Shown one piece after another: positions 1-8,777 of a stretch of DNA of 52,355 bases. Origin of the DNA: an uncultured Saprospirales bacterium (GTDB lineage: Bacteria; Bacteroidota; Bacteroidia; Chitinophagales; CAJXBJ01); NCBI GenBank assembly GCA_913050195.1, contig CAJXBJ010000003.1:1-52355 (forward strand). Direction: 5' to 3'. The first letter of the stretch is position 1, and each line of letters begins with the position of its first letter. Made by a program: the position numbers and the translations under genes. Under the pieces are notes generated by a model. It searched no databases, was not told the origin of the DNA, and was given only the letters and a program-made list of their open reading frames with translations.

Positions 1-3000
1 TCGATTGATAAGCTTTTCCAGTATTATCACCAAAGTCCCATTCCCAATAATCAATATAGCTTATTGAGGAGTCTCCAAAGTTGATAAATAATGGTGGGCA
101 GCTTTTGTATGTGGTGTCATTTGTATAGAAACTTGCATCTACTATTTGGATATTGATGTTGGTCATGGTAGTGTCAGAACAAGTATTACTATCGGTTGCA
201 ATTAAAAATACACTATAGATATTACTGTTTTCGTATACTTTTGTTGGTTCCGCTATGCTTGAATTACTTGAGTCTCTAAAATCCCAAAAGTAAGTAGAGT
301 TCAGATTGTCATTATAGGTTAAATTATTTTGCTCAAAATTTACTGTATCGCCTAAGCAGTAGGCTAAAGTTGACTCCTTAGTGGTGAAGGCAGTGTTTGG
401 TCGAGTTATAAGAATGATATCTTCTTTTGTTAGTTGATTTCCACATCCTTTAGCATTGCTCACAGAGAGTGTAATATCATAACTTCCTTTATTTTTGAAT
501 TTAAAGATGGGGTTTTGATCAGTAGAATTATCAGATGTTGTGAATGTCCATAGCCATGACATTAAAGCTGTATCTGAAACTGTATTATCATTAAATTGAA
601 CTTCAAATGGAACACACCCAATATTTGTATCTAAAGTGAAGTCAACTAAAGGAATTGGATTAACATGTATTGACGATGGATGAAATAAAGAGTCAGAGCA
701 GCCATTGATATCGGTATAATGTAAAGAGTGATTATAAACTCCAGAATTTCGATATGCATATTCAGGATTTGGAATTCCTATAATTGTAGTATCAGATAGG
801 TCCCATGTCCAGCTAGATGGAAAGCTGCTTTTATCTTCAAAAAACACTTCTTCATATTCACATACAACAGAATCTGAAAATATATAATCAGCCTTTGGAA
901 TATTGAGTTGAATTCTTTTCGAGTATATATGAGCACATCCAGTTGAGTAATTAACTGTTTGTAAGTCAATGGTATAAGCTTTTATGCTAGTGTATTTATG
1001 GCTTGTGTTTGTATCTAGGGAGTTTATGCCATCGCCAAAATACCATAGCCATGCATCCGCACTTTCAGATTTATCATTGAGATGCACAGTGTAAAAATCC
1101 ACACAATCAAAGCTATCCTCAAAAAAACTTTTAGGACCCAATAGTTCTAAATAATTTGACTTAATTATAGAATCTTGGCAGCCAAACTCATTTGATACGA
1201 CTAGCTTGACATCAAACACTCCTAAGCTATCATAATAATGTTGTGGGTTTTTTCTGTGAGAGGTGTCCCCATCACCAAAATACCATAGGTGATCTGAGGC
1301 ATACATTGACGAATCATAAAATTGAATATTATTTCCAAAACAAAAGGTGCTATCTTTAAGATAGAAATCAGATTTAAGTTCTCGGACGAATACAGTATCG
1401 AAAAAAATGTGCTGACAGCCACTAAGGCTATTATTAGTTGTTAGGTTAACTACATAGGTTCCTTCGCTTGCATAATGATGCATAGGATCCTCAATAGACG
1501 ATGTTTGGCCATCTCCAAAATCCCATTGATATGTATCAGCACCTTTACTTAGATTAGTAAATCTGAACTTTTTGATTGAATCACAATCACCTTGAAATTC
1601 AAATTCACTTTTAGGGGCCTTTACTTTGACATAGTTTGTTTTGGTTATTGTGTCATGACAGACTTCATTTACTGTTATAATTAAGGTGACAGTATATGTA
1701 TCGGGTACTTCATAGAAGTGTTTTGGGTCTTTTACATTGCTAACTGAGCCATCTCCAAAATCCCAATGCCAATCTTCTGCAAATGGAGAAAAGTCAATGA
1801 ATGTTACAGTATCCCCATAACATTGATGCGTGGTAGCTCCAAAATCAGCAATAGGTGGATCCATGTATACATTTTTTGTGATTGTATCTTGACAGCCAGT
1901 TGCAAAATTGTTTGTATATAAAAATACAGTATATACCCCCTGTGAAGTATAGTCATGACTAGGGTGTTGTGTCGTTGAACCAGAACCATCTCCAAAGTCC
2001 CATTGGTACGTTTGTGCAATTATTGAGGTATTGTTAAAGTTAACAGTTAAGGGATTGGCACAGTCTATATCAAAGTCAAAATTACTCATAGGGCCTAATA
2101 CTTCAACAAAATTTGACTTTGTTAAAGTATCTCTACATGAGTTGTTCCAGCCAATCATTTGAACTGTATAAAAACCTGGCCCCTCATATAAATGTCTTTT
2201 TTCAATAATTGTGTCAATTGATCCGTCGCCGAATAACCATATACATGTGTCTATGCCTGTTGAGTTATTAACAAAATCTGCTTTTTCATAAACACAAATC
2301 TGATTATCGGAGACCTGATAATCTAAATTGACATCCCGTATTTCAATACTGTCATTAAACTCATAAGAACATCCATTCAGATTATTATAGACGTTTAAGG
2401 ATATGTTATAATTGCCATCGATGGCATAATTATGTGACGGAGACTGTTGATTTGAAAATTGGCCATCACCAAAACTCCATTGCCAACTTGTTCCATCGTA
2501 GTTATTGTCTTCTAGCCTGACTTGATATGGTAAATTACAAGAATAGTGCAAGCTAAACGGATTAAAACCTTGTTCTACTATGATTAAGTCTCTCAGTGTA
2601 TACATGTCAGTGCAGCCCAATGAGTCGCTTATACTTAAGCGAATTGTGTAACTTCCTGACTCTACAAAAACATGACTAGGGTTTTGTTCTGTTGAAGAAC
2701 TTCCATCTCCAAAATCCCATAGCCATGTTACTGCATTTTTTGAATAATCTGTAAAGTTAACTGTAAAAGGTGCTGAGCATGCATGCAAAGAATCCGCTGT
2801 AAATAATGAGTAAAGTTTTGGAGTATCGGTAAGATGAAAATACTCATATACGCTATCTGAGCAGAATTCGCCTGTTACTTTTAATTCAATTAAATAACTC
2901 CCAGTATCTATGTATGTATGTGTTGGTGCATTAAAAGTAGAAGTGTCTCCATCACCAAATTTCCAGTACCAGCTTTTAGGGTTTGGTATTGTTTTGTCTA

Positions 3001-4260
3001 CAAAAATAAATGAAGGTGAACAATATGGAGTAGTATCTATATCAAAATCTACTTGAAGAAGTTCAATAATAACTTTTGATTCCTCCGTGATATTATGGGA
3101 GCAATTATTACTATCTGTGATAGTTAGGCTAACATCATAATAACCAGGCATTGAATAAGTATGAAAAGGATTTTCTTGTTGGCTGCTATATCCGTCTCCA
3201 AAATTCCAGTCAAATTGAACTGCATTAATTGATTGGCTCGAAAAAGCATGCTGATATGGAGCTATACAGCTATAAATGGTTGTGGTGTCAAAATAGGCCT
3301 TTGGTACTTTGATTATTTCAATAGTGTCCTTAATATAACCAATACAACCTTGTGCATCTATGGCTCTAAGAAGCACTTCATAGCTACCTTCATCACTGTA
3401 AGTGTGATTAATGTTTTGAACACTTGAACTATCGCCATCACCAAATTTCCAAAGCCATTCAATAGCAAAAGTACTTGACTCATCATTAAATTTAATGGAG
3501 CTTAAGTCACAATAATCAGGCGTGTCAATTGAAAAGTTTGTTTGAACTTCTCTTACAGTGATATATTTTCCTATTTGCTTGCTACAGTTAAAGGTGTCAG
3601 TTACAGTAAGTTTAGCTAAAAAAGTATCAAATGCATTATAAACATGATAGGTGTTCTCTAAAAAGGAAGTATCACCATCCCCAAAATCCCAGATAAAATT
3701 TAGCGGACCATCTCCAGTTGAGTTATTAATGAAATTAACAGGATGTGGGGGGCTACATCCAAAAATAGAGTCAGCATTAAATGAAGCCGTGGGTTGATTT
3801 GTAGAAACAAAAACATCAATGGGTAATACAGTATCTCCTGTACAATTATTTTGATCTGAGATATACAAGGAAATCATCGTGCTTGTTGAAGTAGAATATG
3901 TTGCTAAAGGATTTTGAGATTGAGACGATTGTCCATTACCAAAATCCCATAGCCAATAATTTATTGGACTGCTTTGAGGAATGGATTGGTCTTGAATTGA
4001 GATATTTAAAGGATAACATCCTCTAGTGTCCGAAGTAATGCTAAAGTTTGCAGTTGGTAGTTGGAATGCTTCTATAAATTCAATTTTGGTAAGGCTATCT
4101 GAAAATTGTCCATTTACCCCATTTACAACGAGCTTTATATCATATTTGCCCGGATTAGGATAAATCTTAATTGGATTTTCTAAATTACTAAATGTGCCAT
4201 CTCCAAAATCCCATAAATAGGTGCCTTGGGCACCTCCGACAGCTGAGTTGTTTTGAAACT
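1..4260 (-). repeat. Tandem PKD-domain coding repeats with a period of about 240-260 nt
   Basis: The reverse complement of W(D/K/N/Y)FGDG recurs near 4200, 3940, 3675, 3430, 3195, 2950, 2705, 2462, 2225, 1985, 1750, 1510, 1270 and 1030, with degenerate copies further left. The 17-mer CCATCTCCAAAATCCCA occurs exactly near 4198, 2703, 1749 and 1509. Confidence 0.85.
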
Positions 4261-4378
4261 GTACAAGAAAAGGCTTGCAGCCCGATTGAAAATTTGATGT
4301 AAAATCTACTTGTCCACTAAGAAACCAAGAGGCTTGTACAGCAATACATACACATACGAAACGCAAGATGTGAGGCAT
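1..4378 (-). CDS. Giant PKD-repeat cell-surface protein. The start codon and at least 18 PKD domains are in the window; the C-terminus lies beyond the left edge.
   Basis: Absent from the supplied ORF track because there is no in-window stop. My manual minus-strand translation from the ATG (cat at 4376-4378) gives MPHILRFVCVCIAVQASWFLSGQVDFTSNFQSGCKPFLVQFQNNS..YLWDFGDGTFSNLENP.. and stays open to position 1. WDFGDG-type PKD motifs recur throughout. The short track ORFs at 778-969, 1222-1422, 1804-2019 and 3233-3427 are other-frame shadows. Confidence 0.9.
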   Translation of the reverse strand, partial: MPHILRFVCVCIAVQASWFLSGQVDFTSNFQSGCKPFLVQFQNNSAVGGAQGTYLWDFGDGTFSNLENPIKIYPNPGKYDIKLVVNGVNGQFSDSLTKIEFIEAFQLPTANFSITSDTRGCYPLNISIQDQSIPQSSPINYWLWDFGNGQSSQSQNPLATYSTSTSTMISLYISDQNNCTGDTVLPIDVFVSTNQPTASFNADSIFGCSPPHPVNFINNSTGDGPLNFIWDFGDGDTSFLENTYHVYNAFDTFLAKLTVTDTFNCSKQIGKYITVREVQTNFSIDTPDYCDLSSIKFNDESSTFAIEWLWKFGDGDSSSVQNINHTYSDEGSYEVLLRAIDAQGCIGYIKDTIEIIKVPKAYFDTTTIYSCIAPYQHAFSSQSINAVQFDWNFGDGYSSQQENPFHTYSMPGYYDVSLTITDSNNCSHNITEESKVIIELLQVDFDIDTTPYCSPSFIFVDKTIPNPKSWYWKFGDGDTSTFNAPTHTYIDTGSYLIELKVTGEFCSDSVYEYFHLTDTPKLYSLFTADSLHACSAPFTVNFTDYSKNAVTWLWDFGDGSSSTEQNPSHVFVESGSYTIRLSISDSLGCTDMYTLRDLIIVEQGFNPFSLHYSCNLPYQVRLEDNNYDGTSWQWSFGDGQFSNQQSPSHNYAIDGNYNISLNVYNNLNGCSYEFNDSIEIRDVNLDYQVSDNQICVYEKADFVNNSTGIDTCIWLFGDGSIDTIIEKRHLYEGPGFYTVQMIGWNNSCRDTLTKSNFVEVLGPMSNFDFDIDCANPLTVNFNNTSIIAQTYQWDFGDGSGSTTQHPSHDYTSQGVYTVFLYTNNFATGCQDTITKNVYMDPPIADFGATTHQCYGDTVTFIDFSPFAEDWHWDFGDGSVSNVKDPKHFYEVPDTYTVTLIITVNEVCHDTITKTNYVKVKAPKSEFEFQGDCDSIKKFRFTNLSKGADTYQWDFGDGQTSSIEDPMHHYASEGTYVVNLTTNNSLSGCQHIFFDTVFVRELKSDFYLKDSTFCFGNNIQFYDSSMYASDHLWYFGDGDTSHRKNPQHYYDSLGVFDVKLVVSNEFGCQDSIIKSNYLELLGPKSFFEDSFDCVDFYTVHLNDKSESADAWLWYFGDGINSLDTNTSHKYTSIKAYTIDLQTVNYSTGCAHIYSKRIQLNIPKADYIFSDSVVCEYEEVFFEDKSSFPSSWTWDLSDTTIIGIPNPEYAYRNSGVYNHSLHYTDINGCSDSLFHPSSIHVNPIPLVDFTLDTNIGCVPFEVQFNDNTVSDTALMSWLWTFTTSDNSTDQNPIFKFKNKGSYDITLSVSNAKGCGNQLTKEDIILITRPNTAFTTKESTLAYCLGDTVNFEQNNLTYNDNLNSTYFWDFRDSSNSSIAEPTKVYENSNIYSVFLIATDSNTCSDTTMTNINIQIVDASFYTNDTTYKSCPPLFINFGDSSISYIDYWEWDFGDNTGKAYQS

Positions 4379-4468
4379 AAGACGTAAAAATACTTCTAAA
4401 TGCTTAAAAAGCTTTTTTAATTGAAAGCTTATTTTAAAAAATATCAATATCTTCGAATCCTAATTTGC

Positions 4469-6469
4469 ATGATGAAAGGCCATCTTTTTTTCCTTCTTTT
4501 CTTTTTTCTTTATGCTAGTACGAATGCTCAGCTTATAAAGGAGTATAAAAAAATGGGTGATGTTGCACTCTCACAAGGTGACTTTTATAATGCTATTCAG
4601 CACTATAAAATGATTATAGATAAGGATTCTTCCCGATTAGAACTGTCGTATAACTATGCAGAAGCTTGCCGTTTGTATTTTCAATATGACGAGGCAATGA
4701 TAATGTATGATTATATTATTAAGAATGATGAAAAAGGGAGATATCCACTTAGCTATATATGGATGGCAGATATTTCAAAAACAAAAGGGCGATACAAAAA
4801 AGCAAAAGGTTATTATGAAGCTTTTATTGCTGGATATCAAGTGAAGACAGATTTCTGGTACAAAAAAGCAGTTCATGAGGTAGAGGCTTTGGATACTTCA
4901 ATAATTTTAAAAGAACATGAAGCTAATTATGCTATTTCTAATCTTGGGTTAGATGTTAATACTTCATATTCAGAGCTAAGTCCATTTTATATATCAGACT
5001 CAGCACTTTATTTTTCAAGTTTGCGCGTATCGGAAGGTCAGATTGAGTCAAATGAAGAACTTGAAAAAAATAACTTTAAAATATTTAAAGCATATAAGGA
5101 GGATGGTGTTTGGTTAATAGATGAAGGGTATCAATCTAATTTAAATGATGAAAAATATCATATTGGCAATTATGTTGTGAGACAGGACGGTAAGCTTGCC
5201 TATTTTACTCGTTGTAAAAGTGCTAGTGCATCCAGTTTACAGTGTGCTGTTTATATGGCGGATATTAATGATGAAGGTCAATTTGAAAATATTGAAAAGT
5301 TGCCGGAAAGTGTAAATGCTCCTGGGTTTAATAATACACAATTAGCTTTAGCTGAAAATTCAGATAATGAGCCCTGTTTAATTTTTGCATCTGATAGGCC
5401 AGGTGGTTATGGGCAAATGGATTTATGGTCAGCTGACTTAAATGTTTCTGGTCGCCCTAAAAAGGCAAGAAATTTAGGTGCATCCATAAATTCTCCTGGA
5501 AATGAACTTAGTCCATATTTTAGTAAGCTAAATAAACGTCTTTACTTTAGCTCTGATTGGCATCCTGGTTTAGGTGGTTTAGATGTTTTTGAAACGGTTT
5601 ATGACACAGAAAATGAATTTTATAGGCATCCTAAAAATTTGGGTAGGCCTATAAATACGCCCAATGATGAATTGTTTTATATTCTAAAGGAAGATAGTAG
5701 TGGAGGGTTTTTAGCAACTAATAGAGAGGGTGCTTTTTTTATTAATGAAGAACATTGTTGTCATGATTTATATGAAGTTTCTTTTAAAGAAAAAGAAGTA
5801 TTTATACCTCCAGTGGAGGAGGCGCCTAAACTAGATACTAGTCAAAATATGTTAGTTTTGGAGGGACGTGTTTTAGATTTTAAGACTAAAAGACCTTTGG
5901 TTTCTAAGCTTGAGCTAGTCAATAATATTAATTCTATAATGATTGAAGCCATTAATACAAATGCGACAGATGGCGCATATATGTTGTTTCTGCCATCAGG
6001 TGGAGATTATGGTATAGCTGTCAGTTCGCCAGGATATTTATTTCACTCTGAGAACTTTAAAATTGAAGCCTCAGAGGGATTTGAGAGGGTGAAAAAGGAT
6101 ATTTTACTTAAACGTATAGAACTTGGCAGTAGCATTGTGCTTAAAAACATTTTCTTTGACTTTGATCAAGCCAGTTTGAGAGAGGAGTCATTTACTGAGC
6201 TAAATAGATTATATGAACTACTTATTAACAACACCAACCTTAAAATAGAAGTTTCAGGTCATACCGATAACAAGGGAAGTAAATCATATAATAAACGATT
6301 GTCTTTAAATAGAGCAAAATCTGTGGTTCAGTATTTACTAGATAAAGGCATCGATAAAAAGCGAATGGTTTCAAAGGGCTATGGCTTTGATAGACCAATA
6401 GCAACTAATGAAACTGAGGAAGGGCGTCAGTTAAATCGAAGAACAGAATTTAAGATTATAGGTAAATAG
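4469..6469 (+). CDS. OmpA-family outer-membrane/periplasmic protein with TPR-like, TolB-like (PD40) and CarboxypepD_reg-like regions and an OmpA C-terminal domain
   Basis: The track ORF 4421-6469 begins at a TTG. The ATG ATG at 4469 gives a clean signal peptide, MMKGHLFFLLFFFLYASTNAQ. The C-terminus reads NIFFDFDQASL..EVSGHTDNKGS..YNKRLSLNRAKSV..LNRRTEF, which is the OmpA/MotB peptidoglycan-binding signature. Confidence 0.85.
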   Translation: MMKGHLFFLLFFFLYASTNAQLIKEYKKMGDVALSQGDFYNAIQHYKMIIDKDSSRLELSYNYAEACRLYFQYDEAMIMYDYIIKNDEKGRYPLSYIWMADISKTKGRYKKAKGYYEAFIAGYQVKTDFWYKKAVHEVEALDTSIILKEHEANYAISNLGLDVNTSYSELSPFYISDSALYFSSLRVSEGQIESNEELEKNNFKIFKAYKEDGVWLIDEGYQSNLNDEKYHIGNYVVRQDGKLAYFTRCKSASASSLQCAVYMADINDEGQFENIEKLPESVNAPGFNNTQLALAENSDNEPCLIFASDRPGGYGQMDLWSADLNVSGRPKKARNLGASINSPGNELSPYFSKLNKRLYFSSDWHPGLGGLDVFETVYDTENEFYRHPKNLGRPINTPNDELFYILKEDSSGGFLATNREGAFFINEEHCCHDLYEVSFKEKEVFIPPVEEAPKLDTSQNMLVLEGRVLDFKTKRPLVSKLELVNNINSIMIEAINTNATDGAYMLFLPSGGDYGIAVSSPGYLFHSENFKIEASEGFERVKKDILLKRIELGSSIVLKNIFFDFDQASLREESFTELNRLYELLINNTNLKIEVSGHTDNKGSKSYNKRLSLNRAKSVVQYLLDKGIDKKRMVSKGYGFDRPIATNETEEGRQLNRRTEFKIIGK

Positions 6470-6471
6470 CA

Positions 6472-7482
6472 ATGGAAAAAGTAAAATTTGCAGTAGTAGG
6501 ATATGGTCATATTGGCAAAAGGCACGCAGCCATGATTGAAGGACATGAAGAGGCTGAATTAGTAGCTGTTGTTGATAATGACTCTAGTAAGTTAGAAGAT
6601 ATTAAGGATCGTGAAGATCTCAAAGCATATGAAAACTATGAAGCTTTGTTGATGTCAGATTTGGATATTGATGTAATAAATATTTGTACGCCTAATGGTT
6701 TACATAGTGAGCAGGCTAAAGATGCGTTAGAGCGTAAAGCGAATGTTGTAGTTGAGAAACCAATGGGTTTAAGTAAGCAGGGTTGTGAAGCTGTAATTTA
6801 TAAGGCGTTACAAGTGTCAAAGCATGTTTTTTGTGTAAAGCAGAATCGCTACAGTCCAACCTCTGTTTGGCTAAAGAGTTTATTGGATGAAAATCGATTG
6901 GGAGAAATATTTATGGTTCAATTAAATTGTTATTGGAATAGAGATGATAGGTATTATAGTAAAAGTGATTGGAAAGGCACCAAAGATATGGATGGAGGTG
7001 TTTTGTTTACACAGTTTAGCCATTTTGTAGATATTATGTATTGGCTATTTGGGGATATCAATAACATTCGTTCACGTATGGCAAATTTCACGCATAAAGA
7101 AAGTACCGAATTTGATGATTCAGGAGTGGTTAGTTTTGATTTTGTTAATGGTGGTATAGGTTCAATTAACTTTTCGACGTCTATTTACGGGGCTAATATG
7201 GAAAGTAGTATTGCAATTATTGGTGAAAAAGGCAGTGTTAAAGTTAGCGGTCAATATATGGACAAGGTTAGCCATTGTCTTATTGAAGATTATGAAATGC
7301 CAGAATTGCCCCCGGCCAACCCTCCAAATGATTATGGTGAATATAAAGGAAGTGCAGCAAACCATCATTATGTTATAGAAAACGTTATTAATGTAATTAA
7401 AGGGCGTTCAATGATATCAACAAATGCTCTAGAAGGCATGAAAGTAGTGGAGATCATTGAGCGTATTTACCAAGAGGCTTAA
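6472..7482 (+). CDS. Gfo/Idh/MocA-family NAD-dependent sugar oxidoreductase (WbpB-like)
   Basis: N-terminal Rossmann motif KFAVVGYGHIGKRH, the EKP motif (VVVEKPMG), and about 336 aa. It starts 2 nt after the stop of the OmpA gene. Confidence 0.8.
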   Translation: MEKVKFAVVGYGHIGKRHAAMIEGHEEAELVAVVDNDSSKLEDIKDREDLKAYENYEALLMSDLDIDVINICTPNGLHSEQAKDALERKANVVVEKPMGLSKQGCEAVIYKALQVSKHVFCVKQNRYSPTSVWLKSLLDENRLGEIFMVQLNCYWNRDDRYYSKSDWKGTKDMDGGVLFTQFSHFVDIMYWLFGDINNIRSRMANFTHKESTEFDDSGVVSFDFVNGGIGSINFSTSIYGANMESSIAIIGEKGSVKVSGQYMDKVSHCLIEDYEMPELPPANPPNDYGEYKGSAANHHYVIENVINVIKGRSMISTNALEGMKVVEIIERIYQEA

Positions 7483-7483
7483 A

Positions 7484-8752
7484 ATGAGTTTTAAGGAAAA
7501 GTCTCAGTCTGAATTTATAAAAAACGTATTTACTTTAGTTACTGGGACAGCTATTGCTCAATGTGTGCCAGTAATCCTGAGTCCATTTTTGCGTCGCTGG
7601 ATTACTGTTGAAGAGTATGCAGTATTTGAGGTTTTTTTTCGCTTAATGTCAATTATTTCAATTGCCGCAGCACTTAGATATCCATTGGCGATAGTGTTGC
7701 CAAAAGAGGATAAAGAAGCCAGTAATTTATTATGCCTCTCTATGCTAATAAGTACATTTATTAACTTATTGTTATTGGGTGTTATTTATTTCTTTAATAA
7801 TGCCATAACACTTACACTTAATATTCCTGATAATTATTCATCTGTTTTGTATTGGGTTCCAGTAGGAGCTTTTTTGATTTCTATGTGCAATATTTTTAAT
7901 TATTGGCTGATTAGAAAAAAGGCATTTAGTGCTTCATCGATTAATAAGGTAGTGCATAAAGTTTCAGAGTCTACTTTTTGGGTTTCATTTATTCATATTG
8001 GTTTTCAAAACACGCTTATTTGGGGTGATCTTTTAGCTCGTTTAGCATGGCTTCTTATGGCAATTAAACAATCTATTAATAATCAGCTTAGCGTCAGATA
8101 TTGTTCTTTGAAAGAAATGTGGTTTAGAGCAATTGAGTATAAAGCATATCCTTTGTATAATACGTTGCCAGCTCTTTTAAATGTAGCGAGTTTAATGTTA
8201 CCAGTTATATTTGTAAATAAACTCTATGATGAATCCGTAACCTCTAATCTTGGTTTATGTATGCAAGTATTGGGTTTTCCTTTAGCACTTATCTCTATGT
8301 CTGTGTCTCAGGTTCTTTTTCAGAAGATAACAGAGTCAAAGAATAAATCAATTTCGATAAAATCTTTCATTTCTAATTTGGTATTTAAATTGGTGTTAAT
8401 GGGGGCTTTGGGTATAGTAATTATGTATTTCTTTGGAGAATATTTATTTGTATTGGTTTATGGTGAATTCTACAGAGATGCTGGTGCATTTGCTAGTATA
8501 CTTGTTTTTTCAATAGCACTAAAATTTGTAATCTCTCCATTAAGCTTGATTTTTCCTGCCTTAGATAATATAAAAATGAGTAGTCTATGGCAATGTATAT
8601 ACTTTATTCTGATATTACTGCTCTTGTTTCTCCCTGATCTTTCTATTTTAGATTTTTTACTTGCTTATTTAGCTATAGAAATATTAGCCTATACTTTACA
8701 CGCATTTATGATTTATAGGGTAATAAGTAATTATGAGCACAAGCTCCCTTAG
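7484..8752 (+). CDS. Polysaccharide/oligosaccharide flippase (Wzx-like, MOP superfamily)
   Basis: Polytopic hydrophobic protein of about 420 aa in a polysaccharide context. The ATG at 7484 lies 1 nt after the upstream TAA. The track start at 7457 is a TTG inside the upstream gene. Confidence 0.7.
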   Translation: MSFKEKSQSEFIKNVFTLVTGTAIAQCVPVILSPFLRRWITVEEYAVFEVFFRLMSIISIAAALRYPLAIVLPKEDKEASNLLCLSMLISTFINLLLLGVIYFFNNAITLTLNIPDNYSSVLYWVPVGAFLISMCNIFNYWLIRKKAFSASSINKVVHKVSESTFWVSFIHIGFQNTLIWGDLLARLAWLLMAIKQSINNQLSVRYCSLKEMWFRAIEYKAYPLYNTLPALLNVASLMLPVIFVNKLYDESVTSNLGLCMQVLGFPLALISMSVSQVLFQKITESKNKSISIKSFISNLVFKLVLMGALGIVIMYFFGEYLFVLVYGEFYRDAGAFASILVFSIALKFVISPLSLIFPALDNIKMSSLWQCIYFILILLLLFLPDLSILDFLLAYLAIEILAYTLHAFMIYRVISNYEHKLP

Positions 8753-8777
8753 ATATTTCGTAAATTTGTATTGATTT

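Noticed and set aside
778-3427. Four short track ORFs (778-969, 1222-1422 and 1804-2019 on the minus strand; 3233-3427 on the plus strand)
   Set aside because: All lie inside the continuous minus-strand PKD reading frame (1-4378), in other frames or on the other strand. They have low-complexity, hydrophobic, AT-biased translations and are shadow ORFs.
1-4260. A regularly spaced conserved short motif that could suggest a CRISPR or other non-coding repeat array
   Set aside because: The spacing is about 240-260 nt, not about 60-70 nt. The conserved element encodes WDFGDG in one open frame, so these are protein-domain repeats.
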